Below, one piece after another: positions 62,337 through 64,000 of a DNA stretch of 64,000 nt. The notes under the pieces are model-generated. The model had not been told where the DNA came from, made no database searches, and worked only from the letters and a program-made list of their open reading frames with translations. The stretch is from contig CAWHIX010000008.1 of the NCBI GenBank assembly GCA_963829545.1, positions 28,274 through 92,273 of the forward strand. The letters are read 5' to 3'. Source of the stretch: an uncultured Actinomycetes bacterium. GTDB taxonomy: Bacteria; Actinomycetota; Thermoleophilia; RBG-16-64-13. The translations under genes were made by a program, and so were the position numbers. Every line of letters starts with the position of its first letter. Within the stretch, counting starts at the first letter, position 1.

Positions 62337-63971
62337 CTACCGGGTCGTCTCCTCCTCGATCAGGTTGCCCGCGCCGTATCTTTCGCGCAGCTTGGGCTTC
62401 TCGATCTTGCCCGTGGCGTTGCGGGGCACCTTGTCGAAGATGATCTTCCGCGGACGCTTGTAGCGTGGGAGGCCGGAGCAGAACTCCATGATGTCTTGCT
62501 CCGTCGCCGCGTGGCCCCGCTTCAGCTCGATGATGGCCGCGGCGATCTCGCCCAGACGCTCGTCGGGTAGGCCGATGACGGCGACATCCTTGATGTCGGG
62601 GTGGCGGTGGAGAAAGTCCTCTATCTGCACGGGGTAGAGATTCTCACCGCCGGTGATGACGACGTCCTTCTTGCGATCGACCAGATAGATGAAGCCCTCG
62701 TCGTCCTCGCGGGCCATGTCGCCTGTCAGCAGCCAGCCGTCCTTGAGCACGGCGGCAGTGGCCTCGGGATCGTTGTAGTAGCACTTCATGACCCCGGGGC
62801 CCTTGACTGCCAACTCGCCCACGCTTCCTTGCGCCACGACCGCGCCGGCCTCGTCGACGATCTTGGTCTCCCACAGATGTCCGGCCTTGCCGATGGCGCC
62901 TACCTTGTGGATGTTCTCGACGCCAAGGTGTACGCATCCGGGGCCGATGGATTCACTGAGGCCGTAGTTGGTGTCGTACAGGTGGTCGGGGAAGTACTTC
63001 TTCCAGCTGTGGATGAGGCTGGGCGGTACCGGCTGGGCGCCGATGTGCATGAGCTGCCACTGGTCGAGCTCGTAGTCGGCCAGGTTCACCTCGCCCGCTT
63101 CGATGGCGTGGAGGAGGTCGCTTGCCCAGGGGACCAGGAGCCATACATTGGTGATGCCTTCATCGGAGACGGCCCGGAGGATCCAATCCGGCCTGACACC
63201 ACGCAGCAGGACGGCCCTGCTCCCGGAGAGCAGGCTGCCGAACCAGTGCATCTTGGCACCGGTGTGGTAGAGCGGGGGGATGCACAGGAAGCGGTCCTCG
63301 CGCGTCTGCCCATGATGGTTCTGTTCCACGATGCAGGCGGAGAGGACGCTGCGATGGTCGTGCAGGATGGCCTTGGGAAAGCCGGTGGTGCCGGAGGAGA
63401 AGTAGATGGCGGCGTCCTCTTCATCGGCCAGTTCCACGGGCGGAGCGTCCGCAGAGACGCCGGTCACCGACTCCCAGTAGCTCTCGGCGAAGGTGGGCGT
63501 GGAGCCGTCCAAGAAGAAGCGGGGGTCGACCTGAGGGATGCGGTCGGCGATGGCCTCGATGCGGCCGATGAACTCGGGGCCGAACACCAGTGCGTCGGCC
63601 TCGGCCAGCTTGAGGCAGTACTCGATCTCCTCGGCGGTGTAGCGATAGTTCATGGGTACCGCGACTGCACCACTCCTGAGGATGCCGAAGTAGATAGGCA
63701 GCCACTCGAGGCAGTTCATGAGCAGGAGAGCGACTTTGTTTCCCTTGCCCAGGCCTCGTTCGAGAAGCAGGTTGGCAAAGCGGTTGGCTGCCTCGTCGAA
63801 CTGGCGCCACGTTATCTCTCGCCGGGAATGGATGGTGGGATTGGTCTCGATGAGCTCGTAATCGCGCCAGGTCACTTCCCGCTTCTCTTCGTTGCAGGGA
63901 TTGAGTTCCACGAGGCACACTTCGTCCGCGTAGAGGGCGGCGTTGCGGGCAAGCAGATCGGTGATGGGCAC
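62337..63971 (-). CDS. AMP-binding acyl-CoA synthetase
   Basis: FSSGTTGFPK, YGLSE, GWLLTGD, DRKKD...GGEN, P.NATGKI.K. Confidence 0.93.
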   Translation of the reverse strand: MPITDLLARNAALYADEVCLVELNPCNEEKREVTWRDYELIETNPTIHSRREITWRQFDEAANRFANLLLERGLGKGNKVALLLMNCLEWLPIYFGILRSGAVAVPMNYRYTAEEIEYCLKLAEADALVFGPEFIGRIEAIADRIPQVDPRFFLDGSTPTFAESYWESVTGVSADAPPVELADEEDAAIYFSSGTTGFPKAILHDHRSVLSACIVEQNHHGQTREDRFLCIPPLYHTGAKMHWFGSLLSGSRAVLLRGVRPDWILRAVSDEGITNVWLLVPWASDLLHAIEAGEVNLADYELDQWQLMHIGAQPVPPSLIHSWKKYFPDHLYDTNYGLSESIGPGCVHLGVENIHKVGAIGKAGHLWETKIVDEAGAVVAQGSVGELAVKGPGVMKCYYNDPEATAAVLKDGWLLTGDMAREDDEGFIYLVDRKKDVVITGGENLYPVQIEDFLHRHPDIKDVAVIGLPDERLGEIAAAIIELKRGHAATEQDIMEFCSGLPRYKRPRKIIFDKVPRNATGKIEKPKLRERYGAGNLIEEETTR

Positions 63972-64000
63972 GGTGGCGCTCCTCCTGGAGTCTTACGACG

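Overview
High-GC window from an apparently anaerobic bacterium. Thr-rich lipoprotein linkers and gene content suggest an anaerobic Actinomycetota/Thermoleophilia-like lineage (inference only). About 20 genes are split by single-base indels, which look like long-read consensus errors. I found no rRNA, tRNA, CRISPR array or transposase. Content: the 5' end of a glycyl-radical enzyme with TetR and a peptide-type ABC importer, several catabolic oxidoreductases and hydrolases, cysM-like, serA and serC genes, a PadR/ABC envelope-stress region, a two-subunit cytoplasmic Mo/W-bisPGD enzyme, a VapBC pair and a DUF2779-type nuclease. The strongest signal is at about 9.0-12.1 kb and is missed by the ORF track. 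Two divergent genes each read through an in-frame UGA, and each UGA is followed exactly 11 nt later by a SECIS-like hairpin. One gene encodes a 10-TM membrane protein (TsoY-like, TDT/SLAC1-like motifs) whose selenocysteine appears to sit at the channel-gate position. The other encodes a DsrE/YchN protein with a UxxC motif and is followed by a two-Cys ArsR regulator and a NifS-type cysteine desulfurase or possible selenocysteine lyase. Together they form a candidate selenium-dependent system for sensing, converting and transporting sulfur/selenium species. A second hidden signal is an identical 20-bp promoter core in inverted orientation ahead of the padR operon and a MacB-type ABC operon.
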